This document shows positions 27,034 through 35,730 of a stretch of DNA of 64,000 nt, one piece after another. Under the pieces are notes generated by a model, which saw nothing but the letters and a program-made list of their open reading frames with translations, was not told the origin of the DNA and did not search any database. Origin of the DNA: Alphaproteobacteria bacterium (lineage in GTDB: Bacteria; Pseudomonadota; Alphaproteobacteria; Sphingomonadales; Sphingomonadaceae); NCBI GenBank assembly GCA_019232625.1, contig JAFANP010000035.1, positions 13,512-77,511 on the forward strand, given 5' to 3'. How positions within the stretch are numbered: the stretch's first letter is position 1; each line of letters starts with the position of its first letter. Both the position numbers and the translations under genes were made by a program.

Positions 27034-27866
27034 CTGCCGCTGCTCAAGCAATCGGTTCCGGGCTAGGCCGATCCCTAGTGGAGGCCCTCGGCAGCGACTG
27101 TGCCGCAGCCGCGGCGCTGGCCGCGCATCTCGAGAGCGGAATAGCTTCTATCGCGAGGGGCACGGCTGTTTGCGGTATGAGCGTAGCCTCGGTCGAGCGA
27201 GTGGCGCGGGATTTCGCAAATCGCGGTTGGCTCGAAGCTAGGGGCGCCGGATGGTGTCGCTCCGCCGCGCCGCTTCCGGGAGGCCTCGGCGCATTCCTTG
27301 CCGGCGCGGAGGCAATGCGCGTCGCGCGTGAGTCGGATACGCAGGCACTCGCCGTCGTCACTCTTCCCAGTGCACCAAGCGAGATAGGCCGCGCGCTCCC
27401 GACCCAAGGGCCAATCTATGCGAGCATCGGGCACACCGAGGAAGCGCTTCTCGAAATTGCGCGCACCGCGATTCGTTCGTTCACGGTGATGAGCCCCTTC
27501 GTGAACGAGGAGGGCGCGGAGCTGGTGCTGAATCTGTTCGACCAGAGCACGGCGCCGAGCCGCACGCTTATCACCCGGCGTGCAGGAGCCACTCGATCTG
27601 TGCTCGACCGGCTGCTGCCGGAGACGGCAGCTAGAGGGGTCAGAGTTCTCGACTATTTGCTTCGAGCAGACGATGGCTACGAGACATTCCACGCCAAAGT
27701 TGTCGTCGCAGATGGCGACCGGGCCTATGTGGGAAGTGCGAACATGACCCGCTACGCCCGGCATTCAATGGAGCTCGGCGTGATCGTCACGGGCAGGTCC
27801 GCACGCGCCGTCGCCGCCCTGGTTCGTGCGGTGGAGCGGATTTCCCACCCGGTTGCGGCGCGCTGA
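27030..27866 (+). CDS. drmC: DISARM DrmC-like phospholipase-D-family (HKD) nuclease
   Basis: ATGA overlap. HKD motif FHAKVVVADGDRAYVGSANMT. Confidence 0.8.
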   Translation: MTAAAQAIGSGLGRSLVEALGSDCAAAAALAAHLESGIASIARGTAVCGMSVASVERVARDFANRGWLEARGAGWCRSAAPLPGGLGAFLAGAEAMRVARESDTQALAVVTLPSAPSEIGRALPTQGPIYASIGHTEEALLEIARTAIRSFTVMSPFVNEEGAELVLNLFDQSTAPSRTLITRRAGATRSVLDRLLPETAARGVRVLDYLLRADDGYETFHAKVVVADGDRAYVGSANMTRYARHSMELGVIVTGRSARAVAALVRAVERISHPVAAR

Positions 27867-29431
27867 TGTTGGCGCCCCCTCCCGAGCCGTTGTTGACACT
27901 CGATCAGCGCATCGCGGAGATCGTGAGGTATTATCGCCGACGCGTCTCACTTGATGCGCTTGGGAGCAGCCTCGCTCTTCTACGGAACGAGCCGCCCCCC
28001 GAAGTCGATCGACTCCTCATTGGGCTCGAACCCGCCTGGTCAGACCATGCAGTGGCCAGCGTCTATGCCGCGCTGATGGGGAAGAGCCGGCGGAAGGCCC
28101 TGGGCGCATATTTCACTCCGCCAGCGCTCGTAGACTACCTTCTGAAGCGCGCTCAGCAATTTGGCGTCGACTTCGCCTCCGGGCGTGTCCGAGATCCGGC
28201 CGCTGGCGGCGCCGCGTTCATCGTGCCGATCGCCCGGCAGATGGTCCGTCTTTGGCGGGCGGAGGGACTCGACGATGTTTCCATCGTCAATCGGCTCGCG
28301 GAACGTTTGACCGGTCGCGAGATCGATGGCGGCCTCGCCACGCTCGCCAATGCTTTGTTGAGGCGGTGCCTAATCGAGGAATATCGACTCGATCCCGCAC
28401 TCGCGGGATCCTTGAACGTGATCAGCGAGGCCGACACGCTAGCGGTCGATTATGACGAGGGTGCTGATCACGAGATCGGCAATCCGCCTTTCCTGCGGCT
28501 AGCCGCAAGGGAGGAGCCGCCCAACGTGGAACGGTTTGAGGATATCAGCTCTGGGCGCCTCAATCTCTACTCGGTTTTCGTGCGGCGCGGGCTCGCGTCG
28601 CTGCCACCAGGCGGCGTCCTAGCGTATATAGTCCCGGCCTCTTTCATCGGCGGACCGGAGTTCAAACGGTTTCGGTCGCGCATCCGGGAGCTGGCCGAGG
28701 TGCTGGCGGTTGATTTGATTGAGGGTCGCTCAAGCGTGTTCATGGACGTGGTTCAGGACACCTGCGTGCTGGTGCTTCGCAAGCGCGGAGCTGAAGTTGC
28801 GGAACTGATTGAGGCGGAGGCAAACTCAAACAGCGTCTCAGGCGACGGGACAGTGCACGCGAGCGGCAAGGTGGCGCTCCCTCGCGGCGATGGACCCTGG
28901 ATCCTGCCAGGGGTGCCACGAGATCTGCCATCTAACCTAGCCGAATGGGGATATGCAGCGCGCATTGGATATCTAGTCGCCAATCGCCAAGCCGATCGGC
29001 TGCACAAGCGCCGAGCCGCCGGCCGTGTTCCCCTGGTTTGGGCGAAGGCGATCGGGCAGGACGGCACGTTCGACTTCGAGCGTGGAAAAATGTTCAGGAA
29101 ATTTAGCTGGGTCGATGTCCCGCCGGACGCGGCCTATATCGCCCGCACAGCGTGCGTGGCGGTGCAGAGGACCTCCGCCCGGGGCCAGAAGCGTCGGATC
29201 GCGGCAGCGGAGATCCCAACGTCCTTCTTCGACCAAAACGGGGGTGTCGTCGCAGAGAATCATGTGATCCTGCTGCTTCCCACACGACCTGACGCTGCGC
29301 GGCCGGCAGCGCTTGCGGAAGCTCTGAATCTTCCGCAAGTAGGCGAGCAACTCGACCGCATGTGCGGATCGGCCTCGATCCCCGCACGACTGCTCGAGAA
29401 ATTGCCCCTCCCGGCCGTGCCAATGAAATAG
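27866..29431 (+). CDS. N6-adenine DNA methyltransferase (gamma-class, Eco57I/TaqI-like)
   Basis: TGATG overlap with drmC. AYFTPPALVDYL, motif I DPAAGGAAF, motif IV EIGNPPF. No C5-methyltransferase PCQ/ENV motifs. Confidence 0.8.
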   Translation: MLAPPPEPLLTLDQRIAEIVRYYRRRVSLDALGSSLALLRNEPPPEVDRLLIGLEPAWSDHAVASVYAALMGKSRRKALGAYFTPPALVDYLLKRAQQFGVDFASGRVRDPAAGGAAFIVPIARQMVRLWRAEGLDDVSIVNRLAERLTGREIDGGLATLANALLRRCLIEEYRLDPALAGSLNVISEADTLAVDYDEGADHEIGNPPFLRLAAREEPPNVERFEDISSGRLNLYSVFVRRGLASLPPGGVLAYIVPASFIGGPEFKRFRSRIRELAEVLAVDLIEGRSSVFMDVVQDTCVLVLRKRGAEVAELIEAEANSNSVSGDGTVHASGKVALPRGDGPWILPGVPRDLPSNLAEWGYAARIGYLVANRQADRLHKRRAAGRVPLVWAKAIGQDGTFDFERGKMFRKFSWVDVPPDAAYIARTACVAVQRTSARGQKRRIAAAEIPTSFFDQNGGVVAENHVILLLPTRPDAARPAALAEALNLPQVGEQLDRMCGSASIPARLLEKLPLPAVPMK

Positions 29432-29582
29432 CCTAGCCGGTCTTGCGCGAGCTGCTTTCGCTAGCGAGATTCTTGCTGCGGGCGGTCGGATTTGATGCTG
29501 AGTCGGTATGGCCGAAGCACGCTGGTTTGTGATGGCAACACATTCGCGGGGTGCCAGCCGATGACTAACGAGGAGACGTGAG

Positions 29583-30026
29583 TTGGGTGCTCGGGGAAAG
29601 AAGCGCCGTCGCGCAGACGGCAGCATCGCTGGCAAACTTGGACACCGCCGGATGGACTTCAGCAGAGCTCACGCTTTTGAAGCGCTCGACGCTGTGCCCG
29701 TGCACGCCTTGGCAGAAGCAGTAGTAATCACATGGCGCTATATGCCGTCGGACGGCAGCGGAATCAGCGACTGGGACCTTGAGGACCAATGCGACGAAGT
29801 TCGAGTTCTAGCCACGTCCTTCGGGATCGACTTCGAAAGCCTCGCTTGCCGTGCCGAAAAGTTGGTTGATCTGTTGCGGAGCCCAGCGGGTGAGGCCTTG
29901 TATCATCTCGATGGAGACAAGCCTGTCGTTGACAACGCTCTGCTCGAGTTCGCCGCGACGGCGGACGCCGATAACTCCAATGCACCGTTGCTTTGGGAAC
30001 GGCCCCAGGCCGAGCAGGAAGGATGA
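29583..30026 (+). CDS. Hypothetical acidic protein
   Basis: 147-aa ORF in a lower-GC patch. AGGAG lies upstream of the TTG. An internal ATG (MDFSRAH) is also possible. No recognisable motif. Confidence 0.4.
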   Translation: MGARGKKRRRADGSIAGKLGHRRMDFSRAHAFEALDAVPVHALAEAVVITWRYMPSDGSGISDWDLEDQCDEVRVLATSFGIDFESLACRAEKLVDLLRSPAGEALYHLDGDKPVVDNALLEFAATADADNSNAPLLWERPQAEQEG

Positions 30027-30133
30027 CAGCCGGGCTGGACGCGGTCTTCACCTTTTTTCCGCTCGATCGAAGCGCCGACTCCACTGTCAAAATATAACGC
30101 TCGAAGACGGAATCGAGCGAAGGACGCAATGGC

Positions 30134-31062
30134 TTGAATAAAGAAGACGGTTTCGGATCCTACCTGGCCACGGTCTATGAGCGGGATGTGGATCTCCTCC
30201 TGATGGAGGAGTTTCATGTCAGCGCCGACTTCGTCTCATGGTTCGCGGGGCAAGGGGGATTGAAGAGCCAACGTTCCTCGGGGCATGGCACAGCGTTACT
30301 GAGGCAGACGGAGAATCCGACCTCTTACTCCTGGTGCTGTCAGCGGGATCTCGCGTGGCCATTTTGATAGAAAATAAAGTGGCGGCCGCCGAGCAGGACC
30401 GCCAGGACGAGCGATACCATCTTCGGGCTGTCCGTTCGCAGAACGAGGGGAAGTTCGACGCGTTCGTCACCTGTATCTGCGCGCCGCAGAGGTATCTCGA
30501 GACGCTACCAGCGGCTTCGCTCTATCAGACCAGAATCGCCTACGAACAAATCCGCGACTGGTTCACCCACGAAGACGAACCGAGATGCCACTGGCGATTT
30601 CGCATTATGGATGAGGCAATCGAGCAGGGACGCCGCGGTTATAAGATGGTCGTCAATCAGACTGTCTCCGACTTCCATCTGGAATTCTGGCATTACCTTC
30701 AACGCCACCACCCGCAACTGGTCATGCGGAGGCCGACTCCCAAAGGTAACAAATCGAACTGGATCCTATTCAAGAGCGTCGATTCGCCACGAGGTGTAGG
30801 CTTCCACGTGAAACTGGATCAGCAGTGCGTGGAGCTTGGGTTTCAAGGCCCCAGTGTCAGTGACATCCTAGCCATCCAGCCAACCTGGCCCGACGATGTC
30901 CGCGTTATCCAGAAGGGGAAGACGGCGGCGGTCATGGTTCGAATTCCCTTTCTCGATCGGATGAAGCGGCTGGAGCAGCAGCACGAGCAGCTTAGAATCA
31001 CGATCCAGGCGGTGACGCGGCTGCTTCGCTACGTCCAACTCTTCAGCAACGTGTCTTCCTGA
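30134..31062 (+). pseudogene. PD-(D/E)xK nuclease-family gene interrupted by a frameshift
   Basis: ORF 30134-30367 (MNKEDGFGSYLATVYERDVDLLLMEEFHVSADFVSWFAGQ...) continues in another frame as ORF 30238-31062 (...IEEPTFLGAWHSVTEADGESDLLLLVLSAGSRVAILIENKV...). The frames switch within G-runs at 30247-30258. Confidence 0.5.
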
Positions 31063-31095
31063 GATCAGAAAACGCGGAGAAGAAAAGGAGCCGAG

Positions 31096-31821
31096 GTGGC
31101 TGATTTCGAGGTTCCAACGGCTAGCGACGCCGCTTTGGCAGATAGGCTAGCGCTCCTTATTCCAGCTCTGCGCGACGCTATGCAGCGGGCCCCCGATCCG
31201 CAGCTGCCGAGCCTGTCGGCATCGCGGCTCGAGGATATCCTCATCCGGCTGCGCGATCCTCTGTCGGAGGCAACAAGAGGCGGTGCGTTCGTGGAAGTGT
31301 GGTCGGTCGCTGGTCTGCGGAGAAACGAACTCAGAAATGCAGCAGTGCTGGCGTGGTGCCTTGATCCGCAGGGCTCCCACGGGCTCGGCGGCCGGGTCTT
31401 AATGGCGTTGTTTGGCAGACTTCGTCCACAGCTCCCTCGCCTCGACCTGGAACGGCTGGGCAATGCTTCGGTGGTCACCGAGGAATGCCCGCTCGGCGAT
31501 GATGAAAACCGCGTAGACATTGGAATCACCGGAGACGACTTTGTAGCCTTCCTCGAGGTGAAGGTGGACGCCGGCCTCGGGCATCTCCAATTGGAGCGTT
31601 ACGTTGAGGCCGCCGCGGCAAAACGGGCTGCCTTAGGCAAGGAGCACGCATTTGTAATGTTACTCGTGCCGAAAGGGTTCCGGGGCAGCCATCGCGAAGC
31701 TATTACCCTAACGTGGCGAGACATGGCGCGCGTGCTGGATTCAGCTTCTGCTCAGGCGCCCGCTGCCTCGTTAACCGAAACCTTATTCCGCCATTTCGCT
31801 GATCACGTTCGCCAATTCTAG
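31096..31821 (+). CDS. PD-(D/E)xK nuclease superfamily protein (PDDEXK_4-like)
   Basis: GTG after AAGGAG. VWSVAGLRRNELRNAAVLAWCLDPQGSHGLGGRVL matches the N-terminal signature of this family as I recall it. RVDIGITGDDFVAFLEVKVDA gives the D...ExK core. Confidence 0.65.
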   Translation: MADFEVPTASDAALADRLALLIPALRDAMQRAPDPQLPSLSASRLEDILIRLRDPLSEATRGGAFVEVWSVAGLRRNELRNAAVLAWCLDPQGSHGLGGRVLMALFGRLRPQLPRLDLERLGNASVVTEECPLGDDENRVDIGITGDDFVAFLEVKVDAGLGHLQLERYVEAAAAKRAALGKEHAFVMLLVPKGFRGSHREAITLTWRDMARVLDSASAQAPAASLTETLFRHFADHVRQF

Positions 31822-31828
31822 GAGGCGT

Positions 31829-32458
31829 ATGTCGACTTCCCCGCTGGCACCAATGATCGTTCGGAACGTCGGGGACCTGGACCGAGCGGCGCACCACGCT
31901 GAGCGGGTCGGCCAGCAAATCTCCGCCCTTGTCGATGAAGCTGCCGAAGACTGGGCCAGGACGGCAGGCTGGGACGGCGAATACGACTGGTGGAATTCCA
32001 CGCTTTGGCTCGCCGCCCCGCGTTGGAGACATGAGGAGGCCGACCGGTGGTATGCTTGGTTTGAACTAGATTATGGTGCTGGTGACACAGGGAAGCAGGA
32101 ACCCGGCGAAGATTTCTTCCTCCTGACCCGCCTGTGTCGGGCGGGTCGAGGCCGTTGCGGCTTTCGGCTGAGACAGGAGATTAGTGGAGCAAAGGATTGG
32201 AAGAAGCTGATCCGCGCCGAAGCCACCGCTTTTCAGCAGCTAGGGTTCACGATCGATGAAGGAGCGGCTTTCATGGATTTCGTCGTGGAAGCCGAAAAGC
32301 TCGCCCTCGCGATTGAAGAAGATGGCGCCGAGCGTTTGATAAACGATAGTTTGAGCCTCGTCTGTGATCGACTCGCCGCTTCGGAAGAGTTGGTCACTTC
32401 CCTGCTGTATCGGGCAGGAAACAAACCCCAGTTGAAGGCCCGGCCGCCTAAGCGTTAG
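31829..32458 (+). CDS. Hypothetical protein, probably co-transcribed with the PD-(D/E)xK gene
   Basis: ATG 7 nt after the upstream stop, preceded by AGGAGG. 209 aa, Trp-rich, no motif recognised. Confidence 0.55.
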   Translation: MSTSPLAPMIVRNVGDLDRAAHHAERVGQQISALVDEAAEDWARTAGWDGEYDWWNSTLWLAAPRWRHEEADRWYAWFELDYGAGDTGKQEPGEDFFLLTRLCRAGRGRCGFRLRQEISGAKDWKKLIRAEATAFQQLGFTIDEGAAFMDFVVEAEKLALAIEEDGAERLINDSLSLVCDRLAASEELVTSLLYRAGNKPQLKARPPKR

Positions 32459-32508
32459 GCGATACCCGCATGTTTGCGCAGCAGCAGGTGACACGCGCCT
32501 TTTGCCGC

Positions 32509-34626
32509 TCACGGCTCGAAGGGAAACGCACTCGAAGGGTCACCTCCAGCTGCCGCCTCACGAACTGAAGAGGGACGACCCTCGATCCACTTGCGCGGCT
32601 GGCACCAAACGGTAGGACAAACCTCAGTAAACCTCAACCGCCACCGGGGGGGGTAGGCTACTGATTTTAATAGGCTAATCGCACAGGGCGACCCCTCCCG
32701 TAGAGGTCTCCATTCAGCCAGGATGCCTGTGCACGAGCTTGTGAATAGGCCCCCTGACCAGATGTCCGTCAGCGACGGCAGCTGGTTGACCATCTCCTCC
32801 AGGAGCCTCAGTGCCCCGGCTTCGCTGTAGCGCTCCTCGGTAATCGTCTTGCCGACGTGGCCGATCAGGTCGGCTCTGAATTCGCTCTGCACGCGTTGAT
32901 TCTTGAGGTCCGTGGTGAAGCGGTGGCGGGTGCCGTGGATGTCCGCGTTCGGCGAGAGGCCTCCCTTCTCACGGATGTTGACCCAACACCGCTTGTAGAA
33001 GACGTCACCGAACTTCTGCGTCTTGTTGGTCGGCCGCAGCTCGGGGAAGAGGACGTCGCGACCCTCGCGACGGCAATGCTCAGAGAACTCGAGAACGCCG
33101 AGCCGGATAAGCTCGCGGTGGAGCGGGACGGCGCGGACTGACCCCTCGTTCTTGATCCGGCCAGTCGCGGTGTAGTCAATCTGGATGTAGGGGATGCCAT
33201 GCAACTCGCGGAAATCGTCCGGGCGGAGCTTGCAGATCTCCTCGCGGCGGGCGCCGGTGTAGTAGATGAGAAGCGGCACCCAGTAGAATGCATCGTGCAC
33301 GATCGCGGGACCGGGGGCGAATCGGGCGCGCAGCACCACTTGGCCGGTGCCGCCACGGTGCGGCTGGCAGCCGCTGAAGATCGGCAGCGCGAACAGCTTC
33401 CTAAGGTCTTCGAGGCTCGTCGCCGGTCGCTGGTTGCGCTCGCGCTTCTTCTTCGAAATGACGATATGGAGGTTCTCGAACGACCACATCGGACGAGCGA
33501 CTCCTGCCGTTCCGGCCCATCGGTGGATGACCCGAAGCGCCGTGATGTGCCGGTTGATCGTCGGAGCTGCGAGCCCGAGCTCGGCGGCGGGCAAGCCGGT
33601 CGGCTGGCCCTCGCCGGCGGCCAAGGCGATCTGGCGGCTTTTCTCCGATGTCATGTCGTAGCGCTTCGGCAGCAGCCTGAGCTTTCGCTTGAAGCCTGCC
33701 AGATCCTTCTGCGTGCAGGAGGCGAACGGCTTCGCCCCCACGAGCAACTCGAACACCGCGACCGTGCTCTTCGCCTGGCGGCAGAGCTTATCATCCCAGC
33801 GGCCGTCGGCATGCAGGTCCTTCGCGGCCAATTCGGCGAGTTCCACCAGCGTGGGTCCGACTGCGGGCGTCGGCGTAGGAGCCGGCGCGGCCGGGGCGAC
33901 CGGCTCCGCCCGCGGCGCTGGCTCGGGTGCGCGAGCGGGAGGCGAAAGGGCCGATTCCGCCTGCAGGCAGGCATCGCGATACGCAGGATACAGCGCCCGT
34001 TCGAGCATCCCGTTCAGGATGCGGTTGGGTTCAAAGCCGAGGCTGCGGAGGTGAAAGGCGAGCGTGCTCGGCTTGATCGCTGGCTGCCCGATCTCGTGAT
34101 GATGCTCGATCAGCAGTTTCAGGCGCTCCAGCCGCTCGAGGCTCCAGCCGGACGCCAGTAGTGCGGCCTCCTCGCCTTCCGCGAACTCCGGCCTCCCGCC
34201 GGTGTCGATCATCCGCTGGTAATAATCGGCATAGGCCAGGTTCATGGCGCTGTGCATGGCCCGATGCTGCGGGTGCTCGCGCTGTTGGTCGCAATAGCGC
34301 GCGAGCTGGTTCTGGAACTCGGCTCTCGCAATCGCCTGCAGCTCGGCTTCGCTCGGGCGCTCGTCGCCGCGCCTCCTTACACGCTCTTCCACCAGCATCG
34401 TGACGTCCCCACTCGCCGCCGTAAGCATAGCACCGAGCTCTTTGGCTCGGCGCCGATCGGCGGTCCCCAGGGAAAGACGAATATCACAGCCGGATTCTCC
34501 GTGGATACAGAGAACTCGGCGCCACCAGAAAATGTGGCCGCGGCGGTAGACGTGCTGGATCGAAGCCAAGGATGGTCTCCCCGGGCGGCGCCACTGCACA
34601 TCGACCTGCACAATCGACGGGCGCAA
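32509..34626 (-). CDS. Tyrosine recombinase / phage-type integrase (long form, 705 aa)
   Basis: YYTGARREEICKL (Arg I), HGTRHRF (HxxR), LIGH, ...EERY (catalytic Tyr). N-terminal YRRGHIFWWRRV-type arm-binding region. Adjacent to the tRNA. Confidence 0.85.
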   Translation of the reverse strand: MRPSIVQVDVQWRRPGRPSLASIQHVYRRGHIFWWRRVLCIHGESGCDIRLSLGTADRRRAKELGAMLTAASGDVTMLVEERVRRRGDERPSEAELQAIARAEFQNQLARYCDQQREHPQHRAMHSAMNLAYADYYQRMIDTGGRPEFAEGEEAALLASGWSLERLERLKLLIEHHHEIGQPAIKPSTLAFHLRSLGFEPNRILNGMLERALYPAYRDACLQAESALSPPARAPEPAPRAEPVAPAAPAPTPTPAVGPTLVELAELAAKDLHADGRWDDKLCRQAKSTVAVFELLVGAKPFASCTQKDLAGFKRKLRLLPKRYDMTSEKSRQIALAAGEGQPTGLPAAELGLAAPTINRHITALRVIHRWAGTAGVARPMWSFENLHIVISKKKRERNQRPATSLEDLRKLFALPIFSGCQPHRGGTGQVVLRARFAPGPAIVHDAFYWVPLLIYYTGARREEICKLRPDDFRELHGIPYIQIDYTATGRIKNEGSVRAVPLHRELIRLGVLEFSEHCRREGRDVLFPELRPTNKTQKFGDVFYKRCWVNIREKGGLSPNADIHGTRHRFTTDLKNQRVQSEFRADLIGHVGKTITEERYSEAGALRLLEEMVNQLPSLTDIWSGGLFTSSCTGILAEWRPLREGSPCAISLLKSVAYPPRWRLRFTEVCPTVWCQPRKWIEGRPSSVREAAAGGDPSSAFPFEP

Positions 34627-34679
34627 TGTTCGCAGCCCCTTATGGTCGAGCCAACAAACTCAGTGACTTAGCTTATGCT

Positions 34680-34700
34680 TGGCTGGGGCGGCAGGATTCG
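34680..34700. repeat. tRNA-proximal att-like direct repeat (3' 21 nt of tRNA-Gln)
   Basis: Identical to 6409-6429. Confidence 0.85.
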
Positions 34701-34754
34701 AACCTGCGAATGCCGGTACCAAAAACCGGTGCCTTACCACTTGGCGACGCCCCA
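34680..34754 (-). tRNA. tRNA-Gln (anticodon UUG)
   Basis: Minus-strand read: TGGGGCGTCGCCAAGTGGTAAGGCACCGGTTTTTGGTACCGGCATTCGCAGGTTCGAATCCTGCCGCCCCAGCCA. The 7-bp acceptor stem, anticodon stem CCGGT/ACCGG with loop TTTTGGT, GTTCGAATC T-loop and encoded CCA are all present. Confidence 0.9.
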
Positions 34755-34899
34755 GCAGGCGGGCCGCCTTATAGCCCGGAGGCGGGGGGACGGAAGCCCC
34801 CGCCGGGAAAGCTCCGCTTCGGTGCGTTCGGGCTCTGGCAAGGCGCCGCGATAAGGAGGATGATCGGCCGGACTCGGGCGAGTCGAGGGGGGCTCCCAG

Positions 34900-35691
34900 A
34901 TGAACGGTCCGACCGGAACGCCGCTGTCGCTTCTGACCTTCGCGCCGATGGTCGACAGCGAATGCTCGCGCCTGCTGCTCGCCCACTATCGGGTCGACTA
35001 TGTCGAGCGCGACCACCTGCTGGAATCTTCGGCGATGCTGACCCTCTTCCACGGCGGCTACGGGCGGGTGCCCTTGCTCTACGGCTCGGGCGTGAGCCTC
35101 ACCTCGCCGCGCCGGATCGCCGAGCATTTCGAGCCGCTCCAGCCGCCCGCGCGCCGGCTCATCCCGGAGGAGGGGCCGCTTCGCGACGACATGGAGGCGG
35201 CGTGGCGACGCTATAACGACGACATGGGCGCGGACACCGCCGCCTTCGCCTACCATTATCTGCTGCCGCGGCGGGCGCTGATGGAGCCGATCTTCACCGC
35301 CCCCCTGCCCGGCGGCGGCAAGAAGCTGCCGCCGTGGCGCTATCCGATGATGAAGGGGATGCTGCAGATGCTGCTGCGGCTGGGCCCCGAGCGGGCGCAG
35401 AAGGCGCACGACCGGATCCGCACCATCTTCGACGAGACCGGCAAGCGGATCGCCGACGGCCGCCCCTATGTGTGCGGCGACCGGCTGACGCTGGCCGACG
35501 CCGGGCTCGCTTCCGCCGCTGCGCCGCTGCTCCTTCCGCGCGGATATGGCGCGCGCATGCCCGCGCTCGACGAGGTGCCCGAGCCTCTCAGGTCGGCGAT
35601 GGCGGCGTTGCGCGCGCACCCGGTCGCGGGCTTCGTTCAGCGGCTCTACGACACCGCCTTCGGCCGGACCCGCGAGGCGGCGCCGTCCTAG
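34900..35691 (+). CDS. Glutathione S-transferase-like protein
   Basis: Thioredoxin-like N-terminal region and C-terminal ...VCGDRLTLADAGLASAAAPLLLP resemble GST N/C domains. Weak recognition by eye. Confidence 0.5.
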   Translation: MNGPTGTPLSLLTFAPMVDSECSRLLLAHYRVDYVERDHLLESSAMLTLFHGGYGRVPLLYGSGVSLTSPRRIAEHFEPLQPPARRLIPEEGPLRDDMEAAWRRYNDDMGADTAAFAYHYLLPRRALMEPIFTAPLPGGGKKLPPWRYPMMKGMLQMLLRLGPERAQKAHDRIRTIFDETGKRIADGRPYVCGDRLTLADAGLASAAAPLLLPRGYGARMPALDEVPEPLRSAMAALRAHPVAGFVQRLYDTAFGRTREAAPS

Positions 35692-35730
35692 ACCGGGGCT
35701 CCGCTGCGAAAGACCGGCCCGGGCGGCGCT

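Larger units (their letters stand above)
6409..34700. mobile_element. ~28.3-kb integrase-associated genomic (defence) island inserted in tRNA-Gln
   Basis: Perfect 21-bp direct repeats at both ends. Tyrosine integrase next to the tRNA. Patchy lower GC. Cargo is unrelated to the flanking genes. Confidence 0.75.
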
